A DNA stretch of 42,551 nucleotides, taken from contig CAYYOB010000001.1 of NCBI GenBank assembly GCA_964473225.1, positions 13,637 to 56,187 of the forward strand, in the 5' to 3' direction. Made by a program: the position numbers and the translations under genes. Below are positions 1-8,453 of the stretch, piece after piece. Position 1 is the stretch's first letter, and every line of letters begins with the position of its first letter. The stretch is from an uncultured Polynucleobacter sp. Lineage in GTDB: Bacteria; Pseudomonadota; Gammaproteobacteria; Burkholderiales; Burkholderiaceae. The notes below the pieces were generated by a model that was not told the DNA's origin, ran no database searches, and saw only the letters and a list, made by a program, of their open reading frames with translations.

Positions 1-3
1 GCA

Positions 4-21
4 CGCTCAGTATACTGAGCG
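4..21. promoter_or_regulatory. Perfect 18-bp palindrome CGCTCAGTATACTGAGCG containing a TATACT -10-like hexamer on both strands
   Basis: Read directly; TATACT at 11-16 (+) and 14-9 (-). Confidence 0.5.
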
Positions 22-24
22 CCT

Positions 25-801
25 ATGCCCACACCATCATCAGTGCCAAGCGCAGGCTTAAGAACGATTCCTGAATTTCTATCTTTAGAAATTGCGCAGC
101 GCATGGCTGAAAAATTAGAGATTGTTCGTTTGCAACCTCAAAAAGTAGGTCATCTTGGAGCATTGAATCTATCTGTTTTGTCTGCCCTGTATCCAGAGGC
201 TCAGCACCACTGTTTTGACAAAAGATTTGCTGCAAACTCCCTTTCGCAGCTGTTTAAAAGAATCACCGGCCAACAGTTTTACAAATACGAAGCGCCTTTA
301 AATGTTGCTGGAGCAGATTTTGATTTGATTTGGTCCAACTTGGAATTGCATCTTCAAGATGACCCGAATTCATTGATGAAGCTGTGGAGAAGCAAACTCA
401 AGCCTGAAGGTCTATTGATGTTCAGTTATCTTGGCCCAGATACTGGCAAAGAGCTCACAAAGCTCTTCCCCAATGATTGTTTACTAAGGAATGCAGGTAG
501 CTTAGATATGCACGATGTGGGTGATGGATTGATGCAGGCTGGATTTTCTGAGCCTGTGATGGACATGGAATATCTGACCTTGTCCTACGATGACCCTCAT
601 TTGTTGTGCAAGGAAGCCTTTGCTTTGGGATTGTTAAGGTCCCCTGATTCAATGCAGCATCTAATTGCAGATAAATCCTCTTGGACAATCACCCTCGAAG
701 TTGTCTATGGACATGCTTGGTCTCCAGTTGCATCGCGTTCTCAAAATAAGACGGGAATAGTAACTATCAGCCCTGATCAAATTGTTAGGTCTAAAAAATA
801 A
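25..801 (+). CDS. BioC/NDUFAF5-like class I methyltransferase-fold protein
   Basis: 258 aa ORF; FDLIWSNL..H and LKPEGLLMFS motifs; DMHDVGD..GFSEPVMD and LEVVYGHAW typical of the BioC-like gene found upstream of cox; glycine-rich motif I looks degenerate. Confidence 0.75.
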   Translation: MPTPSSVPSAGLRTIPEFLSLEIAQRMAEKLEIVRLQPQKVGHLGALNLSVLSALYPEAQHHCFDKRFAANSLSQLFKRITGQQFYKYEAPLNVAGADFDLIWSNLELHLQDDPNSLMKLWRSKLKPEGLLMFSYLGPDTGKELTKLFPNDCLLRNAGSLDMHDVGDGLMQAGFSEPVMDMEYLTLSYDDPHLLCKEAFALGLLRSPDSMQHLIADKSSWTITLEVVYGHAWSPVASRSQNKTGIVTISPDQIVRSKK

Positions 802-871
802 GTAAGCAAGCGCACACATACCTTAATACCTAATTATCCTAGTGTAAACATCTAAATTGCTTAGTAATTTA

Positions 872-885
872 TTGCACTAGATCAA
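872..885. promoter_or_regulatory. FNR/Anr-type box, imperfect (TTGCA-CTAG-ATCAA)
   Basis: 8/10 match to TTGAT-N4-ATCAA; overlaps the putative -35 (TTGCAC 872-877) of the cox promoter. Confidence 0.55.
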
Positions 886-899
886 ATTACAAATATAAT
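872..899 (+). promoter_or_regulatory. Putative sigma70 promoter of the cox operon
   Basis: TTGCAC (872-877), 16-bp spacer, perfect TATAAT (894-899). Confidence 0.6.
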
Positions 900-912
900 T
901 GATGTATATCAA
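899..912. promoter_or_regulatory. FNR/Anr-type box, perfect (TTGAT-GTAT-ATCAA)
   Basis: 10/10 match to TTGAT-N4-ATCAA, covering the predicted transcription start upstream of coxB. Confidence 0.8.
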
Positions 913-969
913 ATGCATTGCCGTTAATGCGGTGCAACAGATTCAAGAATTTATTAAATAGGAACGAAG

Positions 970-2124
970 ATGAAACATCGCACATCACTGGTCGGTTTGC
1001 TATTTGGTTTGGTGAGCTCGCTATACGCTAATTTTGCTTTGGCTATCAATGACATGCCTGGCGGCCCTTCAAGATTTCAGTTAAATCTTCAACCTGCAGC
1101 GACCAAAGTTGCTGAAGAGGTAGCTTATCTTCACTGGATGATGTTGATCATCTGTGCAGTTATTTTTGTTGCAGTGTTTGGCGTGATGTTTTATTCAATT
1201 TTCAAGCACCGTAAATCATTGGGTCACAAAGCTGCAAGTTTTCACGAGAGCACAACAGTTGAGATCATTTGGACAGTGGTGCCTTTGATCATCGTTATTG
1301 CGATGGCATTGCCAGCAACTAAAACAGTGGTTGCGATGAAAGACACAACCAACGCTGACATCACCATCAAAGTGACTGGTTATCAGTGGAAATGGGGCTA
1401 CGATTACATCAAGGGTGAAGGCGAAGGCATTTCATTCTTGCAAACTTTGACAACTCCACGTGAGCAAATCAACAACCAAGTAGAAAAATCAAATACATAT
1501 TTGGTAGAAGTTGATAACGAAATGGTTGTGCCAGTTGGTAAAAAAATTCGTATGGTCACAACAGCGAATGATGTGATCCACTCATGGACTATTCCAGCAT
1601 TTGGCGTTAAGCAAGATGCGATTCCAGGTTTTGTTCGCGACACTTGGTTCAGAGCTGAAAAATTAGGTACGTTCTACGGTCAGTGTTCAGAGCTTTGCGG
1701 TAAAGAGCATGCGTTCATGCCAATTGCAGTGAAGGTTGTGACAGATGCAGAGTACACAACATGGGTTGCTGATAAGAAAAAGCAATTAGCTGCTTTGGCT
1801 GATGACCCAACAAAAACTTTCACAATGGATGAGTTAAAGCAACGTGGTGAAAAAGTTTATGCATCTAACTGTGCGGCATGTCATATGCCTAACGGTAAAG
1901 GCGCTGGCGCATTCCCAGGTTTAGATGGATCTAAAGTTGTTCTAGGTTCAAAAGATGCTCAGTACAAGATCTTGTTGCAAGGTAAGGGCGCAATGCCAAA
2001 GTGGACTCAATTGAATGACGTTGAGTTGGCCGCAGTTATGACATACACACGTAATGCTTGGGGTAATAAGACTGGTGAATTGATCCAGCCTAAAGACTTC
2101 ACAACAGCACGTGCAGCAAAATAA
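970..2124 (+). CDS. coxB: Cytochrome c oxidase subunit II with C-terminal cytochrome c domain
   Basis: CuA ligands DVIHSW and CSELCGKEHAFM; YQWKWGYDY; C-terminal CAACH heme c motif. Confidence 0.97.
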   Translation: MKHRTSLVGLLFGLVSSLYANFALAINDMPGGPSRFQLNLQPAATKVAEEVAYLHWMMLIICAVIFVAVFGVMFYSIFKHRKSLGHKAASFHESTTVEIIWTVVPLIIVIAMALPATKTVVAMKDTTNADITIKVTGYQWKWGYDYIKGEGEGISFLQTLTTPREQINNQVEKSNTYLVEVDNEMVVPVGKKIRMVTTANDVIHSWTIPAFGVKQDAIPGFVRDTWFRAEKLGTFYGQCSELCGKEHAFMPIAVKVVTDAEYTTWVADKKKQLAALADDPTKTFTMDELKQRGEKVYASNCAACHMPNGKGAGAFPGLDGSKVVLGSKDAQYKILLQGKGAMPKWTQLNDVELAAVMTYTRNAWGNKTGELIQPKDFTTARAAK

Positions 2125-2152
2125 TTAAATTAGATAGGTAATTGGAGCTACT

Positions 2153-3742
2153 ATGAGCACAGTAAGTCACGCACACGATCATCACGACGATCACGCACAT
2201 GATCATCCGCATGGATGGAGACGTTGGTTATACGCCACCAACCATAAAGATATCGGTACGCTATATCTATTATTTTCTTTCTTCAGCTTGATCGCTGGCG
2301 GCATCATGGCTTTGGGTATTCGCCTAGAGCTATTCCAGCCTGGCCTGCAATACATTCGTCCTGAGCTATTTAACCAGCTCACCACGATGCACGGTCTAGT
2401 GATGGTGTTTGGCGCCATCATGCCAGCCTTCGTGGGCTTCGCAAACTACATGATTCCATTGCAAGTAGGTGCCTCAGATATGGCATTTGCTCGTATGAAT
2501 AACTTCAGCTTCTGGATCATGCCTGTTGCAGCTTTATTGCTTTTGACTTCATTCCTAGTTCCTGGTGGCGCAACTGCTGCTGGTTGGACTCTGTATGCAC
2601 CCCTATCAGTGCAAATGGGTCCTGGTATGGATATGGCAATTTTTGCAATTCACTTGATGGGTGCTTCATCCATCATGGGTTCAATTAACATCATCGTGAC
2701 TATTTTGAACATGCGCGCTCCTGGCATGACATTGATGAAAATGCCAATGTTCTGCTGGACATGGTTGATCACTGCTTACCTATTGATCGCTGTTATGCCT
2801 GTTTTGGCTGGTGCGATCACCATGGTTCTAACAGACCGTCACTTTGGTACTAGCTTCTTCTCAGCAGCTGGTGGTGGTGACCCTGTGATGTATCAGCATA
2901 TTTTCTGGTTCTTCGGACACCCAGAGGTTTACATCATGATCTTGCCAGCGTTCGGCATCATCAGTGAGGTGATTCCAACTTTCTCTCGTAAAACATTGTT
3001 TGGTTACAGCTCAATGGTTTATGCGACAGCTTCCATCGCGATTTTGTCTTTCATCGTATGGGCGCACCACATGTTTGCAACAGGTATGCCTGTAACAGGT
3101 CAGTTATTTTTCATGTACGCAACAATGTTGATCGCTGTTCCAACTGGCGTGAAGATCTTTAACTGGATCGCAACAATGTGGAAAGGTTCAATGACCTTTG
3201 AAACTCCAATGTTGTGGTCAATCGGTTTCATCTTCGTGTTCACAATGGGTGGTTTCACAGGCTTGATCTTGGCTGTTGCACCGATTGATATCTTGGTTCA
3301 AGACACATACTATGTTGTGGCTCACTTCCACTATGTTCTAGTAGCAGGTTCTTTGTTTGCTCTATTTGCAGGCTTCTACTACTGGGCGCCAAAGTGGACT
3401 GGTCACATGGTGAATGAGTTCCGTGGAAAAGTTCACTTCTGGGGCTCAATGATTTTCTTCAACATCACATTCTTCCCAATGCACTTCTTGGGCCTTGCAG
3501 GTATGCCACGTCGTTATGCAGACTACCCAGTTCAGTTTGCTGACTTCAACGCAATCGCTTCTATTGGCTCACTAGGCTTTGGCTTGATGCAGATTTATTT
3601 CTTGTTGTTTGTGGTGTTGCCAACATACCGTGGCGGTCAAAAAGCAGCTGACAAGCCATGGGATGGTGCCAATGGTTTGGAGTGGACAATTCCTTCTCCA
3701 GCGCCGTTCCACACATTTGAAACTCCGCCAACGGTTAAGTAA
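2153..3742 (+). CDS. ctaD: Cytochrome c oxidase subunit I (A1 type)
   Basis: TNHKDIG, GHPEVY, WAHHM, AHFHY, GMPRRY motifs; SD GGAG upstream. Confidence 0.98.
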   Translation: MSTVSHAHDHHDDHAHDHPHGWRRWLYATNHKDIGTLYLLFSFFSLIAGGIMALGIRLELFQPGLQYIRPELFNQLTTMHGLVMVFGAIMPAFVGFANYMIPLQVGASDMAFARMNNFSFWIMPVAALLLLTSFLVPGGATAAGWTLYAPLSVQMGPGMDMAIFAIHLMGASSIMGSINIIVTILNMRAPGMTLMKMPMFCWTWLITAYLLIAVMPVLAGAITMVLTDRHFGTSFFSAAGGGDPVMYQHIFWFFGHPEVYIMILPAFGIISEVIPTFSRKTLFGYSSMVYATASIAILSFIVWAHHMFATGMPVTGQLFFMYATMLIAVPTGVKIFNWIATMWKGSMTFETPMLWSIGFIFVFTMGGFTGLILAVAPIDILVQDTYYVVAHFHYVLVAGSLFALFAGFYYWAPKWTGHMVNEFRGKVHFWGSMIFFNITFFPMHFLGLAGMPRRYADYPVQFADFNAIASIGSLGFGLMQIYFLLFVVLPTYRGGQKAADKPWDGANGLEWTIPSPAPFHTFETPPTVK

Positions 3743-3762
3743 TAAATCCTAACGGAATTTAA

Positions 3763-3888
3763 ATGACAACTTCAAAACAAAAAACACAAAATCCAAGCGC
3801 GAATAATCGTCGCTTGGGTCTTGTGTTGTTAACGGTTGCAATCGCCTTCTTCGTGGGTATTGTTGCTAAGAAAATGATATTCGGCTGA
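3763..3888 (+). CDS. Small single-TM cytochrome oxidase-associated protein (41 aa; absent from the ORF track)
   Basis: Hand translation MTTSKQKTQNPSANNRRLGLVLLTVAIAFFVGIVAKKMIFG; GGAA upstream; fills the ctaD-ctaG gap and stops 2 nt before ctaG. Confidence 0.85.
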   Translation: MTTSKQKTQNPSANNRRLGLVLLTVAIAFFVGIVAKKMIFG

Positions 3889-3890
3889 TC

Positions 3891-4484
3891 ATGGCATTTA
3901 ACCTAGCCCAATACAATCGTCAAATGCTGGTCAAGCTCGCTGTCATCAGCGTGGCCATGTTTGCTTTTGGGTATGCATTGATTCCAATGTACAGGGTTTT
4001 GTGTGAAGTGACTGGTATCAATGTGGTGACCAGTAAAAATAACTATGGCACTCGTGCTGTTGGCGCCGCTGATAAAAATACTCAAGTTGATACGACGCGC
4101 TTGATCACGGTAGAGTTTGATTCAAATACTCAAGGACCGTTTAGATTTCGCTCAGTGAAAAACTCAATGCAAGTGCATCCTGGCGAAATGATGCAAGTTG
4201 TTTATGAGGTGGTTAATACACAGGGTAGAAATATTTCAGCACAAGCTATTCCAAGTTATGCGCCGATGCAAGCCACCGAGCACTTCACTAAGTTAGAGTG
4301 TTTTTGTTTTGACGAACAAACTTTGAAGCCAAATGAATCAAGAGAAATGCCTGTGGTATTCATCATTGATCCGGCTTTGCCTAAAGATATAAAAAATATT
4401 ACTTTGTCATACACATTCTTTGAGGTTGGTGCTGGTCAAAAAGTGATTACTGGTGAGCACAACAGTAAGCCTTCAAAGATTTAA
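3891..4484 (+). CDS. ctaG: Cytochrome c oxidase assembly protein CtaG/Cox11
   Basis: N-terminal TM, YRVLCEVTG, KLECFCF copper motif, ITLSYTFF. Confidence 0.96.
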   Translation: MAFNLAQYNRQMLVKLAVISVAMFAFGYALIPMYRVLCEVTGINVVTSKNNYGTRAVGAADKNTQVDTTRLITVEFDSNTQGPFRFRSVKNSMQVHPGEMMQVVYEVVNTQGRNISAQAIPSYAPMQATEHFTKLECFCFDEQTLKPNESREMPVVFIIDPALPKDIKNITLSYTFFEVGAGQKVITGEHNSKPSKI

Positions 4485-4485
4485 G

Positions 4486-4695
4486 ATGGAAAATCAAAAA
4501 AGAAGTTCCATCATGATGTTTTTAATCTCTATGAGAGCAGTCTTGTGGGGGTTTTTGGGAGTACGCAAGAGGTCAGGTCAGGATGCTGATATGGCTTCTG
4601 TGACTTTTGTTCACATTGTGCTTGCTGGTGTTTTGGGCGCAATTATTTTTATGACAATATTGTTGTTCATTGTCAAAGCAGTTGTATCGAATTGA
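4486..4695 (+). CDS. DUF2970-type small membrane protein
   Basis: AVLWGFLGVRKR motif plus a TM helix; position between ctaG and subunit III; ATG 4486 directly follows the ctaG stop. Confidence 0.85.
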   Translation: MENQKRSSIMMFLISMRAVLWGFLGVRKRSGQDADMASVTFVHIVLAGVLGAIIFMTILLFIVKAVVSN

Positions 4696-4713
4696 TTTTT
4701 TAGGAGAGAGAGT

Positions 4714-5574
4714 ATGTCTTCCAGTGTTACTAAAGCCCCGTATTACTATGTGCCGGCTCCAACACGCCACCCAATCGTTACAAGCATGGGTTTGCTTGGC
4801 TTTGGTTCAGGTGCATCGATGTGGGTTAACGGCAGCACATTTGGTATGTTCCTTTGCTTGGCAGGTATCGTTTGGACCATTGCATCTTTGTATGTATGGT
4901 TCGGTGAAGCGATCGGCGAAGCTGAAAGTGGCATGAACAGTGTGAACGTAGACGTTTCTTATAGATGGTCTATGGCATGGTTCATCTTCTCAGAAATCAT
5001 GTTCTTCGGCGCTTTCTTCTCAGCTCTTTTCTACGCAAGAAGTATCGCTATGCCTTGGTTAGGCGATATTGACAACAAACTATTGTGGCCAGATTTTGCA
5101 GCCACTTGGCCAAATGCTGGTCCAGCTGGTTTGGTTGAGAGCTTTAAGACCATGGGTCCATGGCCAATTCCAACCATCAACACTATTTTGTTGTTGGCAT
5201 CTGGCGTAACAGTTACTTGGGCTCATCACGCCATGCGTGAAGGTCACCGCAAGCAAGTGATTCAAGGTTTGGCTGCTACGGTTGCTCTTGGTGCAATTTT
5301 CATGTGCTTCCAGGTTTATGAGTACATCCACGCATACCAAGATCTAAACTTGAAATTAACTTCAGGTATTTACGGTTCAACATTCTTCATGTTGACTGGT
5401 TTCCACGGATTCCACGTCACAATGGGCGCCATCATGTTGGCAGTTGTTTTGGTCCGCGTTATCAAGGGTCATTTCACACCAGAGAATCACTTTGCCTTTG
5501 AAGGTGCTGCATGGTACTGGCACTTCGTAGACGTGGTGTGGCTCGGTCTTTACGTTGTGATTTATTGGATGTAA
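4714..5574 (+). CDS. coxC: Cytochrome c oxidase subunit III
   Basis: WFIFSEIMFF, TGFHGFHV, WYWHFVDVVW; SD AGGAG. Confidence 0.97.
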   Translation: MSSSVTKAPYYYVPAPTRHPIVTSMGLLGFGSGASMWVNGSTFGMFLCLAGIVWTIASLYVWFGEAIGEAESGMNSVNVDVSYRWSMAWFIFSEIMFFGAFFSALFYARSIAMPWLGDIDNKLLWPDFAATWPNAGPAGLVESFKTMGPWPIPTINTILLLASGVTVTWAHHAMREGHRKQVIQGLAATVALGAIFMCFQVYEYIHAYQDLNLKLTSGIYGSTFFMLTGFHGFHVTMGAIMLAVVLVRVIKGHFTPENHFAFEGAAWYWHFVDVVWLGLYVVIYWM

Positions 5575-5608
5575 ACACTGATCAATCGGCTTGTACTGAT
5601 TGAATCAA

Positions 5609-5640
5609 TTAAAAAACGCCGCAAATGCGGCGTTTTTTAA
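5609..5640. terminator. Bidirectional intrinsic terminator
   Basis: TTAAAAAACGCCGCA-AA-TGCGGCGTTTTTTAA between convergent coxC and the DUF2909 gene. Confidence 0.9.
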
Positions 5641-5702
5641 TACAGTGGTAAATGTTGGTTCAGCCTGTTGGTTAAGTTTTTTAGTTTGGTTTAGCTGATT
5701 CA

Positions 5703-5912
5703 TCAAGCTGCAACACGGATGCCGGTACTTTGGATATAGCCCAGGGTGTGAGCGATCCAAATGCCAGCAAAAAGCAAAATCGATATGCCAATGCGAAGCA
5801 TCAGAGAGTAAACAGTTTTTGAGCTTTTGCCTTTATCACGCATCATAAAAAACAAGGCGGAGCCTAGGCTGCCCAAAATTAACAAGAAAGCTATAGGGAT
5901 AATCCAATTCAT
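5703..5912 (-). CDS. Twin transmembrane helix small protein (DUF2909/HIG1-like)
   Basis: SLGSALFFMMRDKG..SLMLRIGISILLF; conserved position in cox clusters; start set at MNWII (5912). Confidence 0.88.
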   Translation of the reverse strand: MNWIIPIAFLLILGSLGSALFFMMRDKGKSSKTVYSLMLRIGISILLFAGIWIAHTLGYIQSTGIRVAA

Positions 5913-5936
5913 AGGGGTACATCGTATCATTGCTTT

Positions 5937-6689
5937 ATGTTTAAAAGATTAGTTTTATCACGTCCGATTGCAACAGCTGCAACCATGATTGTTTGCTCAA
6001 TAGGATTGTCTTTGGGTTTTTGGCAGTTAGATCGAATGCAGCAAAAATTAACGCTTGCTGCAGATATTGCTAAGAAAGAAGAATCACGCCCCTTATTGGC
6101 CAATGGTAAAGATTGGCAATTGAGCGAGGTAAAGCACCACAGGATGATTGCCAGAGGTGCTTATTTAGCAGATCAATCTGTGTGGTTGGAGAATAGGCCG
6201 CATCCTCAAGGCAGAGACCCTAAGACAGGTATTTCCACAGGCTTTTTAGTGATGACACCCCTGAAGCTCGAGGGGACTCAAAAAATATTGTGGATCAATC
6301 GTGGCTGGGCTCCAAGAGATGGCATGAACCGAGAGACTTTACCAACTATCCAAACGCCAACAGGCTCTATTCAGGTGGAAGGTTTAGCGTTTGAATATCC
6401 TACACGCGTCATGAGTATGGGCACTCAAGGTTCCTCAGCAGAAAGTCAAAAAATTCAGCAAAATCTTGATATTAAAAAGCAATCGAAGTATTTGGGTTTC
6501 GATTATTTGCCTTTTGTTTTGAGAGAAGTATCAACAGCAAATAATGATGGATTACAAAGAGATTGGCCATCGATGACAACCGGCGTTGAAAAGCATCAGG
6601 GTTATGCATTTCAGTGGTTTGCTTTAACGGTGCTAGCTCTTTTGTTTTGGTTAATAACAGGTCTTTTAAGGAAAAAAATTGATGAATAA
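5937..6689 (+). CDS. SURF1/Shy1 family cytochrome oxidase assembly protein
   Basis: LGFWQLDR, WINRGW, HQGYAFQWF. Confidence 0.95.
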   Translation: MFKRLVLSRPIATAATMIVCSIGLSLGFWQLDRMQQKLTLAADIAKKEESRPLLANGKDWQLSEVKHHRMIARGAYLADQSVWLENRPHPQGRDPKTGISTGFLVMTPLKLEGTQKILWINRGWAPRDGMNRETLPTIQTPTGSIQVEGLAFEYPTRVMSMGTQGSSAESQKIQQNLDIKKQSKYLGFDYLPFVLREVSTANNDGLQRDWPSMTTGVEKHQGYAFQWFALTVLALLFWLITGLLRKKIDE

Positions 6690-7344
6690 AGACAGTGATT
6701 TAAATCCACTGATTCCAGCTTCGGAAGGGCAGAGTATTGATGCGGCTACCAAGCGTGGACGTATTCAGATGATCTTGTTATTTTTGGTTTGCGCTGCTCC
6801 AGTATTGGTTTCTTACTTCACTTTTTATGTGATCAAGCCCACGGGCGGCAATACAAAAATTGGAGAGCTTGTTTATCCAGTGCAATCAGCACCAATAGAT
6901 GCAATTGAAGCGCCATTACAAGGCAAATGGACCATGTTGATCGCACGTCCAGCTGCTGAGTGCAAGGTTGGTAACGATCAATGCGTTCAATTGCTTTATT
7001 TGATGCGTCAGGTACGCATTGCGATGGGGCGAGAGAGCCAAAGGGTGCAGTTAGTTTGGTTGGTTACCGATCAAGGTGCTATTGATCCTGAAATCGCCAA
7101 GGCCTATGACAAAGAGGTGGCGGGATTTACTTTTGTGAAGATGCCAAAAGATCCAGCTAAAAAGAATGAAGTAGAAAAATGGCTGAATTTAGATGGAAAA
7201 AAATCAGCGATTCATCTATTGGATCCGCGTGCTGACAGAATGATGCGATTTGCAACTGATAAAGAAGTTCCTGACTTTAAAAAGACATCCAAGGATTTGG
7301 AAAAGTTATTGAAGTGGAATGCCACAGGTAAGGCCACACAATAA
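6682..7344 (+). CDS. Conserved cox-cluster membrane-anchored protein (SCO/thioredoxin-like fold likely)
   Basis: TM helix LLFLVCAAPVLVSY, GKWTML, LYLMRQVRIAMGRE..RV, DLEKLLK; position between SURF1 and ctaA. Confidence 0.75.
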   Translation: MNKDSDLNPLIPASEGQSIDAATKRGRIQMILLFLVCAAPVLVSYFTFYVIKPTGGNTKIGELVYPVQSAPIDAIEAPLQGKWTMLIARPAAECKVGNDQCVQLLYLMRQVRIAMGRESQRVQLVWLVTDQGAIDPEIAKAYDKEVAGFTFVKMPKDPAKKNEVEKWLNLDGKKSAIHLLDPRADRMMRFATDKEVPDFKKTSKDLEKLLKWNATGKATQ

Positions 7345-8453
7345 TGAGCTTCATCGCCTGGATTCAGTTGTTGTTGATCGGTGCTGCTATTGGCGCAGTA
7401 TTGTTGTTGATCATGTGGTGGAAATTCAAGCAATTTAGTTTCCATCGTTTGGTTTTATTGACTGTATTTTTCACCTTTGATTTGATTTTGTTTGGCGCCT
7501 TCACGCGATTAACCGATTCAGGATTGGGTTGTCCTGATTGGCCTGGTTGTTATGGCGTATCAAATCCGATCGCTGCCTTAGCTCAGATCCGTGAGGCTGA
7601 AAGCATGATGCCAACCGGTCCTGTAACCTTGAGTAAGGCATGGATAGAAATGCTTCATCGTTACTTTGCCATGGGCGTTGGATTTTTAATCATCATCATG
7701 GTTGTTTGGTCCTGGATGAAGAAGCAAACCATTGGCGAAAAAATCAGCAGAACATCGATTGGTATTTTGATTTTGGTGTGTGTTCAAGGAGCATTTGGTG
7801 CGTGGACTGTGACGCTTAAGTTGCAACCAGTGATTGTCACTATTCATTTGATGCTGGGATTAACTTTATTGGCTGCGCTGACTTATTTATCAAGCATGAG
7901 TGCACGTTTGCAGCCGCATGATGGTTTGGCAGCAGTAAAAACTGATGTGCCATTCAAGAAAATTGCCTGGATTGTTTTAGCCATTTTGATTCTGCAGATT
8001 TTCTTGGGCGGCTGGGTGAGCACCAATTATGCAGTTTTAGCTTGTGATGATTTTCCACTGTGTCATGGGGCTTGGTATCCTGAAATGAATTTCTCGGAAG
8101 GATTTACCTTCTGGCGTGAGCTTGGAATGGCGGCCGATGGAGACCATTTGACCATTGAAGCTTTGAGAGCGATTCATTGGACTCATCGGGTGGGTGCAAT
8201 TTTTGCAGTGCTGGCAGTTTTTTACTTGGCTGCTAAGTTGTGGCTAATTTCAAAAACTAATTCAATGTCTTCAATGAAGTTTTGGTCAACATCATTATTT
8301 GCTCTAGGGTTCTTACAAGTGATCACTGGAATGAGTAATATTATTTTGGACTGGCCATTGCTTGCAGCGGTATTGCACACAGGTGGTGCTGCGGCCATGG
8401 TATTTGTGATGATCAGAGTAGTTAATATTGATCATGAAAGGCTTTCTTCATGA
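7344..8453 (+). CDS. ctaA: Heme A synthase CtaA/Cox15
   Basis: [34 protein letters not shown]. Confidence 0.95.
   Translation: MSFIAWIQLLLIGAAIGAVLLLIMWWKFKQFSFHRLVLLTVFFTFDLILFGAFTRLTDSGLGCPDWPGCYGVSNPIAALAQIREAESMMPTGPVTLSKAWIEMLHRYFAMGVGFLIIIMVVWSWMKKQTIGEKISRTSIGILILVCVQGAFGAWTVTLKLQPVIVTIHLMLGLTLLAALTYLSSMSARLQPHDGLAAVKTDVPFKKIAWIVLAILILQIFLGGWVSTNYAVLACDDFPLCHGAWYPEMNFSEGFTFWRELGMAADGDHLTIEALRAIHWTHRVGAIFAVLAVFYLAAKLWLISKTNSMSSMKFWSTSLFALGFLQVITGMSNIILDWPLLAAVLHTGGAAAMVFVMIRVVNIDHERLSS

Noticed and set aside
1828-2124. Cytochrome c domain fused to CoxB as a novelty
   Set aside because: A well-known caa3-like arrangement in beta- and gammaproteobacteria
5605-5703. 32-codon minus-strand ORF (MNQLNQTKKL...) coupled by TGATG to the DUF2909 stop, with AACCAA repeats
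   Set aside because: It runs straight through the bidirectional terminator hairpin and has low-complexity composition; most likely 3' UTR
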